DNA from: a virus | Lineage: Duplodnaviria; Caudoviricetes | Direction: 5' to 3' (one strand) | Length of the DNA: 33,868 nucleotides | Virus record (IMG/VR): IMGVR_UViG_3300037044_000249 | Coordinates: 1-33,868 of that record | Part shown: piece after piece, positions 33,462 to 33,868 of the stretch | How the letters are laid out: the number at the start of each line of letters is the position of its first letter | Position numbering within the stretch: position 1 is the first letter of the stretch | Translations under genes and position numbers: made by a program | Notes under the pieces: generated by a model | Seen by the model: the letters and a program-made list of their open reading frames with translations, nothing else | Told to the model about the DNA's origin: nothing | Database searches by the model: none

Positions 33462-33868
33462 TGGCTGACGAGATCTTTTCCCACGCCTTTGGCGGCTGGC
33501 ACACGGCGGATGCCCGCCGCTGGACCAACCCGGACGGAAGCATGGGCGGCATCGTTGCGGTAACCGCAAGCGTGGCGGATGGCATCGTGCTGCCCGAGAC
33601 CGCCGTTGTCTGGCCGAACGCGAAAATCACCGCCGATGCTCGCATCGGCTACGGGGCGAGCATCGGCTACGGGGCGAGCATCGGCGGCCGGGCGAGCATC
33701 GGCTACGGGGCGAGCATCGGCTACGGGGCGAGCATCGGCGGCCGGGCGAGCATCGGCGGCCGGGCGAGCATCGGCTACGGGGCGAGCATCGGCTACGGGG
33801 CGAGCATCGGCGACGGGGCGAGCATCGGCGACGGGGCGAGCATCGGCGACGGGGCGAGCATCGGCGAC
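33461..33868 (+). CDS. Hexapeptide-repeat (left-handed beta-helix) protein, truncated by the window end
   Basis: Read manually as MADEIFSHAFGGWHTADARRWTNPDGSMGGIVAVTASV...ARIGYGASIGYGASIGGRAS..., with a GGAGG RBS and no stop in the window. Confidence 0.8.
   Translation, partial: MADEIFSHAFGGWHTADARRWTNPDGSMGGIVAVTASVADGIVLPETAVVWPNAKITADARIGYGASIGYGASIGGRASIGYGASIGYGASIGGRASIGGRASIGYGASIGYGASIGDGASIGDGASIGDGASIGD
33643..33868 (+). repeat. 18-bp tandem repeat, 12 full copies plus a partial copy
   Basis: CATCGGC(TACG/GGCC/GACG)GGGCGAG. Confidence 0.97.

Larger units (their letters stand above)
1..33868. mobile_element. Temperate siphophage/prophage, incomplete (integrase arm not in window)
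   Basis: Contiguous immunity, replication, packaging, head, tail and lysis modules in lambdoid order. Confidence 0.95.

Noticed and set aside
33643-33868. 18-bp repeat as a CRISPR or mini-array
   Set aside because: There are no unique spacers. It is a coding hexapeptide repeat.

Overview
The window is most of a temperate, lambda-like siphophage or prophage. High GC and the GTA-like tail genes suggest an alphaproteobacterial host, but this is an inference. From right to left it contains: the start of a second early operon (ending in an 18-bp tandem-repeat gene cut by the window edge), a lipoprotein, a cI/cro switch with five operator palindromes, a CII-like gene, SNF2 helicase, DNA methyltransferase, primase, P-loop helicase, an iteron-rich putative origin, a putative late regulator, a lambda-like cos region, terminase, portal, S49 protease with a nested scaffold, a Mu gpT-like capsid, a GTA-like tail and a lysis cassette. 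No integrase, att site, tRNA or CRISPR array is visible. The most notable signals are: (1) a two-gene antisense operon at 1-455 that looks like an AcrIF9-like anti-CRISPR followed by an HTH (Aca-like) regulator; (2) a 1090-aa baseplate hub protein fused to a GH18-type glycosidase domain with an intact catalytic motif and to two duplicated beta-rich domains; (3) a clearly readable regulatory layer (operators, leaderless cro, iterons, cosQ, -1 frameshift, duplicated terminators). All family assignments come from motif recognition by eye, not from database searches.
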